NCBI RefSeq assembly: GCF_009914755.1
Contig: NC_060938.1
DNA from: the human T2T-CHM13v2.0 reference genome, Homo sapiens
Length of the DNA stretch: 64,000 nt
Reading direction: 5' to 3' (one strand)
Position 1 is the stretch's first letter; each line of letters opens with the position of its first letter. The notes under the pieces were generated by a model. The model was not told the origin of the DNA. It made no database searches and was given only the letters and a program-made list of their open reading frames with translations. This document shows, piece by piece, positions 1-23,860 of this stretch. A program made the translations under genes and the position numbers.

Positions 1-82
1 TTACCCTCACACTGTTGCCTCAGTGGATGTCTGTCTTTTGTAACACATCAGTGCCCCCTTCTGCTTAATCTTTGTATGAATC

Positions 83-643
83 ATGTTTTTAATTTAGTGT
101 ATTTTAGGATGTTTTGACATCTTAGGGGGCTTGTGAATCCTAGAGTAACTGTCCCTGGCAGGATTTGCTTATTTTTAGAGATAACAACTTGCATTTGAGT
201 CTTGCCATTCATATACAAACCAACCAATCCAAAGCCCATATCCCTAAACTCCTCCTCTATCTAACTCACACTCCCCTGCCTTAAATCACCTCAGGGCCAG
301 ATGCTGCACAACTTAAGAACCACCCCTGTATATCAGAGCCCTCTGACATTATTAAAGCTGTCATGTAATATACTCAAGGTTACCTACCCTGCCTTGCCCG
401 TTCTTTCCTGTGGAAACCAAAGATACTTCTTCCTTAAAAAAAAAAAAGAAGACTCTGGGCCATGCTCTTCCTTGCTCCTTTGCCCTCTTGACCAACTCTT
501 GTGCTTCCCCATGCGACCCTTCTTGGCATATTGTGCCCTCCCCTCTCGGCAACTGTAAGAAATTCTTCTTTCAAGGCAGTTGTCTTCGTATCTATCATTT
601 TACCATACCTGGTTAAAACAGAGTCCCAGGTACATATTAAAGC
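83..643 (+). mobile_element. ERVL-class solo LTR, MER74-like
   Basis: Resembles remembered MER74 consensus (ttttgacatct...aaaccaaccaatccaaagcccata...ccatacct...cccaggtacat); boundaries approximate. Confidence 0.6.
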
Positions 644-898
644 AAGCCTTCATACATGTTGGCCCTCTATCTAAAAGCCTCTTCCCACTCCTTTCCCTTT
701 ACCTGGTAATCCCTGTTATTCCCTAGATGCCTGCTTTAAAGAGATTTCCTTTGGTAAATCACCCTGAACCCTCAGACTAGTCCAGACCTCTCTTTGATAT
801 TTTCCTCTTGACATTCAGCATTTATCCCAATTGAAAGTAATAATTACATTTGTGTAGTTATTAGATTATCTGTCTTCCTTAGTAAAAAGTAAGCTTAT

Positions 899-2420
<1,522 letters not shown>

Positions 2421-2535
2421 CTTTCATATTCTTTAAGTGACTTTATATGGAAAAACTAGTTCAAATATTATTATTTTAGTGGTTAATAACATTCTGTTCT
2501 GTTGACATCATTTGTTTAGCTATAGGGAATTACTT

Positions 2536-2988
2536 GTGTGATATTGTGATTTATAATAGGAAATATTTGGTCTTCTTGCTCTTTGCTGGCACACAATTCC
2601 TAAAGCCCTTGGAATCTCCAAGGTGTCTTTTTGTATTCTAATGAGATGACAAGTGGTTGGGAGCTCCTGGATAGCCTCAGGATGGGGGCTGGTTACCAAG
2701 GCAACCAACCATATGATCAGAGGGTTGGAACTTTTATTCCTACCACCTTACCTCCAGGTAGGGGACAGCAGGTGAAGGTTGAGTTTATCACCAATGGCCA
2801 GTGGTTTAATCAATCATGTCTATATAATGACGCCTTCATCAAAACCCAAAAGGACCTGATTGAGGAGTTTCCAAATAGCTGAACACATGGTGATTCCTGT
2901 AGGGTGGTGCACCTGGAGAGGGTGTGGAAACTCCACGCCTTTTCCCATATAACTTACCCCATGCATCTCTTCTATTTGGCTGTTCATC

Positions 2989-3019
<31 letters not shown>

Positions 3020-3478
3020 TTGTTCTTTTTTTGTCTTTTTAAAAAATTTTTATTATTTTTATTTGGCTATTCATCTATATCCTTTGTAATATCCTTTATA
3101 ATAAACAGTAAATGTGAGTAAAGTATTTCTCTGACTTCTGTGAGGTGCTCTAGCAAATTAAACCAAAGGAGAGGGTAGAGTGGGGACCCTGATTTATAGC
3201 CAGTTTGTCAGAAGCACAGACCATAACCTAGGGCTTGAGATTGGCATCTGAAGTAGGTGCAGTCTTGTGGGACTGAGCCTTTAATCTGTGGGACCTGACA
3301 CTATATCCAGGTAGATAGTGTCACAGTTGAACTGAATGGAATTAGGGGACACCCAGTTGATGTCCTCTGCAGAATTGCTTGGTTGGTGTATGGGGAAATA
3401 CCCCTCCACATCTGTTTTTAGAAGTGTTGAGTGGTGAGTGAAAGGAGGAAAAAGTAGATTTTTTTCCTATATCTCAGA
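2536..3478 (+). mobile_element. ERVL LTR, MER21-like
   Basis: tgtgatattgtgatttataata...ctaatgagatgac...caggatgggggctggt...gattggcatctgaagt...ggacacccagttg resembles remembered MER21 consensus. Confidence 0.65.
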
Positions 3479-4343
3479 GAGCTTATTTCCATTTTTCCTA
3501 CTAGCTGTGTTTAAGTGCCCTTGGTCTGGCCAGTGTCTATGGCTGCACTTGCTTTTAAGGAATACGTGGGAGGTGGCACACAAGCAGAAGCAAATGTATT
3601 CTTACAGAAGCTTCTGCATCAGTTCTCTGTTTCGTCTTTTACCCGTTTTACCTGGGTACACCGAACCACATGGGACCCCTTAATCAGGTGTCCTTCCATG
3701 TTTTCCATTTCCTGGTCCGTGCTGTCGTCCTCTACATTTTGGATTTCATGATAGAGGCAAGAGTGAGCCACAGAGGAAGAGAGCCTTGACTGCTACCAAG
3801 AGAAGTTGTTAGCCTTCCTCTTGAGATGGGGTGCAGTCCCATTGTGACATTCTGTCTTTGAGGGGTGAAGAGAGCACTTATCTGAGGTTAGGGGGCATGA
3901 AATAGGGAGCGTACTTGGTCTGAAGTTGGGATGAGCAACTGTATAAAATTCACTTCACTTCTTTTTGGGTTATTTCCACTGGGGAGACAGAATTGCTAGC
4001 CCAAAAGAAATCAAGTTTTATGGTGTATATGTTGCTAGTTTGTTTTCCATAAAAAATAGTTTTATAATATCAGCAACATGTGAGTGTAACCTAATTGGCC
4101 ACAATCCTTTGAAACCATCAAAACACTATTTTGTATTATTTTTTGCTGGTATAACGTGTATAATATTACTTCAGTTTCCTTAAGTAATTCTTTTAAATTT
4201 TTAGCTTTATTCACTAGCATACATTTCATGCATTTAAATGTACAATTCAGTGAATTTTGGAATACTCACAGAGCTTTGCAACTGTCACCTCAGTTTTTTA
4301 ATTTTTTATTTAAAAACAAATTTATTGACAAATAAAAATTGTT

Positions 4344-5406
<1,063 letters not shown>

Positions 5407-5638
5407 AGTGACAATTTTCAAGTATACAATACATTGTTAGCCACTGTTCCCAGCCAGTGGCAATTTTCAAGTATATAATACATTGTTATTAACTATAGTC
5501 ACTATGTTGTTTCAGGTCTTATGTTTAAGTCTTGAATGTATTTTGAGTTGATTTTTATGTATTGTGTGCAATATATTACTCATTATATGCTTTTAGTCAT
5601 TGGGTAAATTAGTAGAGTGGTTTGACATTATTGGATAA

Positions 5639-5869
<231 letters not shown>

Positions 5870-6019
5870 TGAACATATCTGATTTTTTTTCCCCGTATAA
5901 TTCTTACTTTGTGCATTTGATATTCAGTTGTGTTTGTAATCAGGGAAAAATAAAAGCATATATTTTCTTTTAGCTAGCTGCCAAAATGTGGAAAGCCTTT
6001 GTTCCTTTTCCACTGTTAG

Positions 6020-6510
6020 CTGTGTAGGGAAGTTTAAATTGTCCTTCTGAAGGTTTGATAATTGAGCCTGCTAAAATAAACTGACAATAAACAGATTAAC
6101 AGGAGAAAAACCATTTTAATTCATGTATGTGCACTGGAGCCTCACAGAAGAATAGGAGACTCAAAGGAGGGACCAGATGGTTGAAGGTGTTCTTTATTTG
6201 TTTCTTTGCTTGTTTGTTTGTTTTAGAGATGGGTTGTCACTGTGTTGCCCCGGCTGGTCTCAAACTCCTAGGCTCAAGCAATCCTCCCACCTCAGCCTCC
6301 CAAAGTGCTGAGATTACAGGTGTGAGCTTGAAGTTTTTATAGCTAAAGGAATGGGGCTTGAGGTTTTTGGGGGAAATGGCAACAAAAAGGGAAAGGGGAG
6401 GAATTGCATGGTAAACAAAGGTTATCTTATTGTAGATAAAGTCTCTCAGGTAATAAAAGTTGTTTCAGAGCAGCTGCCAAAAGAATAGGTAATAGCCTGA
6501 CTGGGTCTGC
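6020..6510 (-). mobile_element. ERV1 MER4-group LTR fragment (MER31/MER67-like), interrupted by an Alu monomer (~6195-6330)
   Basis: aaataaactgacaataaacagattaacaggagaaaa motif typical of these LTRs; family tentative. Confidence 0.45.
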
Positions 6511-6517
6511 TAATGAC

Positions 6518-7761
<1,244 letters not shown>

Positions 7762-7879
7762 TTAAAGTTTCTTTAATATAAAGAGAAGTAATATTGTTTT
7801 TTACTCTTTACAAATAAAGTATAGAATTTTAGCAAGACTGATGAATGGTTTACTCTTCTATAAACCATATTGGGTTATT

Positions 7880-8570
<691 letters not shown>

Positions 8571-8640
8571 CGTTGTCTCTACTTTGTTGTCTCAAAACAG
8601 GAATTCCTAGTATTTTTAAAGGGTATATATTTTATTTTAG

Positions 8641-8832
<192 letters not shown>

Positions 8833-8919
8833 TGATTTTCTGATTATTTGACGATTGTTATAATTCTTAATTGAAATTCCGGATATATGTATACCATTAA
8901 AAATATAAAATTGGATAAA

Positions 8920-9800
<881 letters not shown>

Positions 9801-10071
9801 GAATCTTATAAAAGTACATCCTTTTATAAATAATAGCCTTTATAGGTTGAAACCATTGAAAACAAACATTGTGTCCGAGCTGTGATTTTAGTTCGCCACA
9901 AGCTTGAAAAATAATGAATTGCACGTGATGTTTTGGGTCTGATTATTTATTCCTTTTATGAAATCAGATTTAATTTGCGAAATTTTATTTTTTTAAATTT
10001 AATTATTATTCTTTGATTTTATATTTTTCAATGAGTGAAAGCCAAAAATTGTGAGATTTTAACATTTAAAC

Positions 10072-10527
10072 TACCTATGGTCCCCAACTTATGATGGTTC
10101 TACTTTACAGTGATGCAAAAGCCCTATGCATTCAGTGGAAGCCATACTTTGAATTTTGAATTTTGGTCTTTTCCCAGGCTAGCGATATCAGTATGACACT
10201 CTCTCGAGATGCTGGGCAGCGGCAACAAGCTGTAGCTCCTGGTCAGCCACCGTATGTGGCTGAACAACTCCGTGAATCATGCCCAGCTGGAGTGGATGTT
10301 TATTTTGACAATGACCATAAGGGTAAACAACTGGTACTCTACGGTGTACTGTGTTGCCAGATGATTTTGCCCAGCCATAAGTGTTCTGAGCATGTTTTAG
10401 GTAGGCTAGGCTAAGCTATGATGTTCAGTAGGTTAGGTATATTAAATGCATTTTTTGCTTAGGATATTTTCAACTAATGATGGTTTTATTGGGACATATC
10501 CCTATCATAAGTTGAGGAACATAAGTC
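10072..10527 (-). mobile_element. TcMar-Tigger non-autonomous DNA transposon (MER47B-like) carrying a 60-bp PTGR2 exon-derived insertion
   Basis: Ends ggtccccaacttatgatgg ... cataagttgaggaacat; internal gtaggctaggctaagctatgatgttc and gctgggcagcggca resemble remembered MER47 consensus. Confidence 0.7.
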
Positions 10528-10738
10528 TACCTTTGTTCAATTTTAATAATTTTTTTTTAGGATGACATTGTCTGCCCTCAGTTCTTTTAGTTTCAAATTA
10601 CTTTTCATTAAAAGCAGCGTAATCTAACCTTAATTGTAATGAACACTGTCATATACCTGTAATATCTTGTATACTGGTACATTTTTACATTTAAATGTGA
10701 CAATATAAAGCCATTTAATCTTCAAATTTCCCCCCTAG

Positions 10739-10957
<219 letters not shown>

Positions 10958-11661
10958 TGATTTCTATAACAAATTTGAATACTGCACTTTATATGTTGTG
11001 ATATCTTTTTACCTAATACTGAGAAAAAAATTTATAAAATTGGAGGGATTATTGTGACTTAATGTGATGATCAGTATTGTATTTAAGTGATACAAAAGAG
11101 CTTGCTGATACCTACTTCCATTTACTTGCAGATTTGTACTATGAACTTCAATTTCAGTTATTTGCTACCAATATTATATTTTTCACTTTTGGTTTATTTT
11201 TGTGAAAAATTACAGTTGCATTGTTGAAATGCTGAAGCACTGATCCCTAACTCACCACTGACCAACTCACAGCCATGGCCCCAGACCTATGGGTTTCATA
11301 GGCTGCATGTATTTATGCATATTTACTAACAATATTATAAAATATCAACATGAGGTATTAACACTACATAGTCCTTTGCTGCATCTAAAATTATTTGCAG
11401 TTGAGATTATTAAATTGTTTAAATCCAAAAAAATACAGTTCTACCACTAATAAGTAGCAACAACAACTAATGTAATTCTTTTGCTGATTACCAACCATTT
11501 ATTTGCCTTGGTGTTCCTTTGGAATGTAATTATTTCTAGCTAGTTAAAATTCTTAAATACCTCTAACAGGTAAATTAAAAAAAAAATCGAACTAGTTGAC
11601 AGAAAGGATTAAATAGTCAAGGAGGCTTCCATTATGGCAGCCATAAAATCAGTAAACATAG

Positions 11662-11901
<240 letters not shown>

Positions 11902-11934
11902 TAGACACTTTTTCTTTATTAAATAAAACTTTAG

Positions 11935-12664
<730 letters not shown>

Positions 12665-12788
12665 AAAATTATTAATAGAAGTCTACATTTACACCTGTAA
12701 CTATGCATAAAACTATCTGATCAGACTCAATGTGTTATGTCCTAATATTTTAAGGATTAACAGATATTAGAATTCTGGAATGGTTTGA

Positions 12789-12977
<189 letters not shown>

Positions 12978-13382
12978 TGATATAATTTTGCATTATTTAA
13001 ATGTACTATAGCAAACATACTAGTTTCATTATAAAAATTCCTACAAAAGAAAAGTATGCTGAATATTATAAATTAACTCTACCTCCCAGGTGAGTATAAC
13101 CTCCTGATCAACAAACCCTTGCTTGTTATTCCCTTTATCTAAAATTTTTTAGCTTTACTTTCCATAGATTATATTACAAAATCATTAGGTTTTCCCCCAA
13201 ATGTAAAATTATGTTTATTAATTTAACAAATATTTATGGGATGCTACTATGTGTTAGAAGCTGTGCTTTCTCAAAAATAATGTGAGCACCTCCTGATGCT
13301 TATACCACCATACTTCTTCCCTGTCCTCCCTGGACATTCTAATGTATGTCTTAGTTGTTGATCGAAAATCAGGAGTTATTAA

Positions 13383-13722
<340 letters not shown>

Positions 13723-14039
13723 TGGCCTAGGCTATTCTTGAAACCTGCAAATGATAAGCAAAGTTGTACCTTTGTGTGCTTCTGTACTGTTCTTTTTCTG
13801 TTTTAGAGTGTATAGCTTGTGATCTGTTACTAATTGAAGAGATTAAACAATGGGAAAATAGGATATTACTTTAAAAAATCAATTGATAGGAAGCTTTTCT
13901 GGGCTACCTACATGAAATAAAGAATATCTATTTTTAGACAAAGTGCTAAATAGTATTGCTGGCTTTTGTAAGTATGGAAACTATCATATAGAAACATTGA
14001 AGTTTAAAGACTATTAAATCTAGCTATTTTGATTTACAG

Positions 14040-14079
14040 ATTAAAGAGACGGTAATAAATGGGTTGGAAAACATGGGAG
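14040..14079 (+). CDS. PTGR2: PTGR2 coding exon (exon 9), IKETVINGLENMG
   Basis: ttacag|ATT acceptor, GAG|gtaaga donor; 40 nt, phase 0-1. Confidence 0.95.
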
Positions 14080-14130
14080 GTAAGATGAATGTAGACTTAT
14101 TATATACACATGCTCAGCACACAAAGATAA

Positions 14131-15490
<1,360 letters not shown>

Positions 15491-15668
15491 TGAACATTGA
15501 TGTGCATACCAGTTAGATACCAATTAAATCTTTCCAGTATGGGCAAAACATTTTTTTAAGATGTTAATTGGGTTAGTTTGTGTGTAACTTTTTACTTGAG
15601 ATTTCTTTTCATGACCATTTTCTTCTATGCTTAATATTCAAAATCATTGAAAAAGTTATTTAACATAA

Positions 15669-15824
<156 letters not shown>

Positions 15825-15966
15825 TTGCTGTAAATGTCATCAAGGCAATCATAGATTTCTTTTCCATTTTGCATATTTTCAAAGATATGTTAAAAAATCC
15901 TTAGACTATACATAGCTCTTGATTTAAATGTGATCATAGGTGTTATTTTTAGTTGCATAGGGTATT

Positions 15967-16255
15967 TGATACAATCATTAATGGATCATACACAATAGGT
16001 TTTTAAAAATTAATAACTTTTAGTAATTACTTTTATTAATTTAAAATAGAACGCTTGAGAGGCACTTTGTAAAGATTTGTTAAACTGGAAACGTTTTACA
16101 TGATCTGATACAACCATTAATGAATCATACACAATAGGTTTTTTAAAATTAATATTAATAACTTTTATTAATTTAAAATAGAATGCTTAAAATAAAATAG
16201 AATGCTTGAGAGGCACTGAGTAAAGATTTGTTGAACTGGAAATGTTTTACATGAT
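15967..16255 (+). repeat. Imperfect tandem duplication (~140-150 bp unit x2) in PTGR2 3' UTR
   Basis: tgatacaa...tacacaatagg...gcttgagaggcact...aaagatttgtt...gttttacatgat occurs at 15967-16104 and 16106-16255. Confidence 0.9.
16191..16196 (+). terminator. Candidate PTGR2 poly(A) signal AATAAA
   Basis: Only canonical AATAAA I found between the PTGR2 stop and the ZNF410 promoter; usage unverified. Confidence 0.35.
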
Positions 16256-16655
16256 TCTTAAACTGAAACTTGGTGTAAAAATAGAATTGAGATGGCCTTT
16301 TTTTCACATTGTAGACTGAAAAGAGACTTAATGGTATGATGTGTACATAGGGACTGGGGGCAGGATTGGGGGTTTCGGAGCTTGTGTAACAGTTTTTGGG
16401 ATAGGAGACCAGCGGTTTTGGGTTGGGATTAGTATGGGAAGATAAATAACTTAGGTTGGTTAAGTTGACAAGATTTACTCCAGAGGATCATCTCTTTGTA
16501 TTTGCCAAATAATTTACTGTATAGCCTAAAAACTCCATATATATTGAGAAAAGCATATGTTTATTTTAGGTTAGCAGGCACATACTGTCAAGTTGTAAAG
16601 ATTGAGAGGGCAAACAGATGTAAACATCACTTGTAGGTGATTAAAAAGATTGACA

Positions 16656-17696
<1,041 letters not shown>

Positions 17697-17949
17697 TACT
17701 CTGCTTTTCTAAAGTGGAATTATCTTCCTCTGAAATGTTTCTCCTTTATTTTAAATCACCATTAGTAATTTGTGTACCCAAACCTGTCATCAAGGCTTAT
17801 CTTTAACCTTGAAAATGCCTTTTTAAAGAGAACTCCTTTAATTCCCACGGTTGAGTCTCTCATTCTTCCGCACGCAAATATTTTAAAATAAGTAATTTCA
17901 AGAAGTCAGTCAAACTCACAAAGCTTTAACAAGGTGGCATCCAGCTTGG

Positions 17950-19100
17950 AAGTCAAGTGTTCAAGCCCGCAGTCGGGACATCCAAGAGCTCTTTACATCC
18001 TAATTACAACACGGAACCCAGACTCACTGCATACCCCGTCCCGTATATAATGCAAAACTTGATTCTGCAAGTTCCTTTCTCGGGCGGTGAAACTTCGAAG
18101 GTCCTCTCCATGGAGACCTTTGATAAATGTTTAAGCAGTGATCTTTTCTTTCGCGTTTGCCTCCATTGCAACGCCTCCGCTGATGGGAAAAACTACTCCC
18201 TCCGCTACTGCGGGGTGGCAGTGACGTCAACGAATTAGCTGACCTGTTTTTTCGGGCTTCGCGGACATAGGAGTCCCGAAGGCCGAGAGTGAGTGAGTGA
18301 GTGGGAGCGGGGCGGCTGCGGCTCCTCCTGTCCGGGGCGGAGCCCTGCGTCGCGGGCCTGGGGAGGCCCCGCCAGCACCCTTGACGTCTGGGTCCCGAGC
18401 AGTGCGGCAGCCACACGACACTGAGGCGAGCGAGTGGGTGTGTGCGTGGGGGGTCAGCCAAACTTCCTGTCCCGCGCTCGAGCTGCTTCCGGCGGGAGCC
18501 GGAAGACGCTGTGTGTGGACGGAATTCGGGACCGACTGACGGCCGGCCGGCTTCCCGGAACTGGAAGGTGAGCTCCGAGGTGGGCCTGGCCACCCCTCCT
18601 CGGTTAGGTAGTACCCGAGAGGGCGGGGGCCAGTACCGGCTACTTGGGGCCTGGGGCCGAGTTCGCCCCGAGAGAGGAAACCGCCCTCCTTGGGCATCCC
18701 TCCTGGATCTGGCGGGCCCGGGAGCGGCCAGTCTGAAGCCCTGCGGCTTTGGCCCTTCCCCTCGCGGGTTTTTAGGGGCGATGTTCTTGCTCCTTTGCTT
18801 GGTTTTGGGGGTAGGGATATAGGAACAGACTGTCCTGAGAAAGCCAGAGTCAGCGAGTCCCCGGGGCGGGGGCTCTTGGACTGCACCCGCAGCCGGGGCC
18901 TGCCTACGGACCTTGGGGCCTTATTTCTGAGGCCTTTGTGGTGTGGGGTAGAGGATGCCAGGAGGCCTTGCCCTGAATGTTTCAGTCCAGAGCTACCCTC
19001 TCCTTTCATACCACTTACTTTCTGGGTTTGGAAAAGGGACAGCTGCCTACTCGGCTGGGCTGGGTCGCCCGTTTCTCCTTTGCCTGTCAGTTCGGGGGGC
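17950..19100 (+). promoter_or_regulatory. ZNF410: CpG-island promoter of ZNF410: CRE TGACGTCA (18222-18229), GC box (18334-18343), inverted ETS pair (18486-18505), GAS TTCCCGGAA (18552-18560)
   Basis: High GC and CpG density; motifs read directly; lies upstream of a strong splice donor and the ZNF410 exons. Confidence 0.85.
18470..18567 (+). other. ZNF410: ZNF410 non-coding exon 1 (start approximate)
   Basis: Consensus donor AAG|gtgagc at 18567/18568 within the CpG island; TSS cannot be fixed from sequence. Confidence 0.65.
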
Positions 19101-19599
19101 AGGAGTGTGTGGATTGTTTACGGCCTTCATACATTTCGTGTCGAATTTATTTTCTGAAGTTTCTCAAGATAATCCAATTTATTAAAGTTTATCCCACTTG
19201 ATCATGAGGCTCAGAAATGCATTTAGGCACCATTTGGAAGTTAAATATTATTAACTTGGGACTTAAGAATTAGTACTTAGGTTGGAACGAAGGTCAACGC
19301 AGCATATTTGCAATAAATAAAAAACATTTGGAAATAAAGTCGGGCATTTTGTTAGGGAGTGAGAAATTGCACTTGGTTTTTTCTTAGTGTGGTGCAGAGT
19401 AAAAGACAACTAAAGTAGCAGTCAGAAGTTTTAAGTTCTAGTTTTTTACGTTTTGCATCTAAGTAGATGTCTAATTTTTGGCAAGTTGCTGAATCTCTAG
19501 CTCTGGGGAGTTTTTCTGTAAACGAAGGGGTTTACCTTTAGGGCTATGACAATTTTTCCGAGGCACTGAACTTTGAGTAGAAGTGACATAAGCATTTCT

Positions 19600-20300
19600 T
19601 TGTTTTGGAAAGATAACTTGAATGGCTGCATAAAGGATGTATTGGAAAGAGGAATTTTAAACGCGGGGTGACCAGTTAGAGGCCTGTTTTAATAGTATAG
19701 TAGAAAGTTACTGAGAGACCTAAACAGGGCATTACAGTAGGGAACAGAGAACATTCTGGGAACAGAGAATCACGGGAATTATTTAAAAATGGAGAATGAG
19801 AGAGATTTAAAGACCTAGAATTTGCAGCTGAGTGGGAGGAAGATTGGGCGATCATTGAAATAGGTAATACAAGAAGAACAGGTTTGGTAAGGAAGATAAT
19901 AATCTGGATTTTGGACATTGTTAGGTTTGAGATGCTGTTGGATATACATGTGGAGATACCTAGCAAGCAGTTAGAAATGAAGGTTTGGAGTTCAGAAGAG
20001 ATGACTAGAGAAAAATGTAGGTATCATTTGTAGTGTCATTCATTCATTATACAAATATTTAGTACCTACCAGTTGCTTACTGGGAAGCTTGTATGGAAGC
20101 CCTTTAAGCTCATAGTAAACACATTAGAAGTGGGAAGTGACCGTTAATGGGCACAGGGTTTCCTTGTGAGGTGATGAAATATTGTAAAATTGATCGTGGT
20201 TCTGCTTGTACAACTCTGAATGAACTAAAGATATTTTAATTGTACTCTTTAAATGAGTCAATAGTATGGTATGTGAACGATATCTTAGTGAAACTAATTT
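19600..20300. mobile_element. L2 remnant followed by an L1M 3'-end fragment
   Basis: ggacattgttaggtttgagatgc...tggagttcagaagag (L2-like); gggcacagggtttccttgtgaggtgatgaaatatt (L1M-like). Confidence 0.55.
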
Positions 20301-20837
20301 TTAAAAAAGATTTACATTGCAGTTTTGGAAATCTGTTGAGTAAGGAATTGGGAATAGGAATGTTTAATTGTGTATTTGCCGTTACACCTATAGCTAATGT
20401 ACATAGTACGTTGCTCTGTTAAAGATGAGATCCCCACAGTACACTTGATAAGATACTGAGTGCTCTAGTACAAATTCTTTTGAGTTCAGTTGCATATCTT
20501 AATGCATCCTGCTATTTTTTATTTTATTCATACCGTACACATACAAATCATAAACTTGGACACAAAAATTGTATGGTAGTACTTAGTTATAATATGAATA
20601 CCCAGTGCTTGAGAAAATGCTCGTGTTAATTTTTAAAGATTATTGAAGTGAAAACACTGAAATAAAAAGATGTCATAGATAACATAAAAAGGACAGTAAA
20701 TAGTTGTCTGGTTCCTCAGAGATTTTACAATCCTGGAATCTCAAAGTTGGAGGAACCTTAAGGATGACTTAAACAACAAACATCTGATAATTTCTTGGCT
20801 TGTTAAGACAAGCTGGAATTGGGGAAGAGGAATTCTT

Positions 20838-23405
<2,568 letters not shown>

Positions 23406-23678
23406 TAGGATAAGACGGACATCTTTGGACATAGCTCTATCCATATTTAAGATAGTTTTTTAGATTATTAGAGGTTGAAATACTGCATCAAAGCGTAGTA
23501 TTTTTATGGGTTTTGATGCCTGTTGAGCTTGTTGTATTTTAAAAGAAGTGTTTCGGTTTGAATTCTTTATTTGCTTGCTTGTTGTGATTTTTTTTGTATA
23601 TGTAAAGAAGTGTCTTTATGTACCTGTGTTTTCCCACTGCTCTTAATGCCCCCTCTCTCTTTTTTACCCCTATTCTAG

Positions 23679-23827
23679 GTTACATTGATTACCCACCTAG
23701 TACAACATCTTACGGGAAGAGCATAGTATTTCCTAGAGGAATATGAACATAACAGGAAGGTATCATTGGCTCTGAATTAAATTTGAACTTGTCCCCTGAA
23801 TAGCTACAGGTTTTGGAAGCTGAATCA
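23679..23827 (+). other. ZNF410: ZNF410 exon 2, 5' UTR part, containing a uORF at 23743-23775
   Basis: Pyrimidine tract + ttctag|G acceptor at 23678/23679; continuous to the ATG at 23828. Confidence 0.8.
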
Positions 23828-23860
23828 ATGTTATCAGATGAGTTAGAATCCAAACCAGAG
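23828..23860 (+). CDS. ZNF410: ZNF410 first coding exon (exon 2), MLSDELESKPE
   Basis: ATG at 23828; GAG|gtgagc donor; all coding exons join to 1437 nt = 478 aa + stop. Confidence 0.93.

Noticed and set aside
10163-10414. 83-aa ORF containing [19 protein letters not shown] as a duplicated or mutually exclusive PTGR2 exon
   Set aside because: Only 60 nt are exon-derived, with no splice sites at their edges; the rest is transposon sequence. Reported as a templated insertion instead.
13234-13243. CATCCCATAA on the - strand, a partial ZNF410 binding motif suggesting autoregulation
   Set aside because: Single incomplete match; known ZNF410 targets need dense motif clusters.
18024-19157. Long ORFs over the CpG island (189 aa and 260 aa on -, 126 aa and 155 aa on +)
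   Set aside because: Stop-poor GC-rich sequence; low-complexity P/G/R/S peptides with no recognisable domain.
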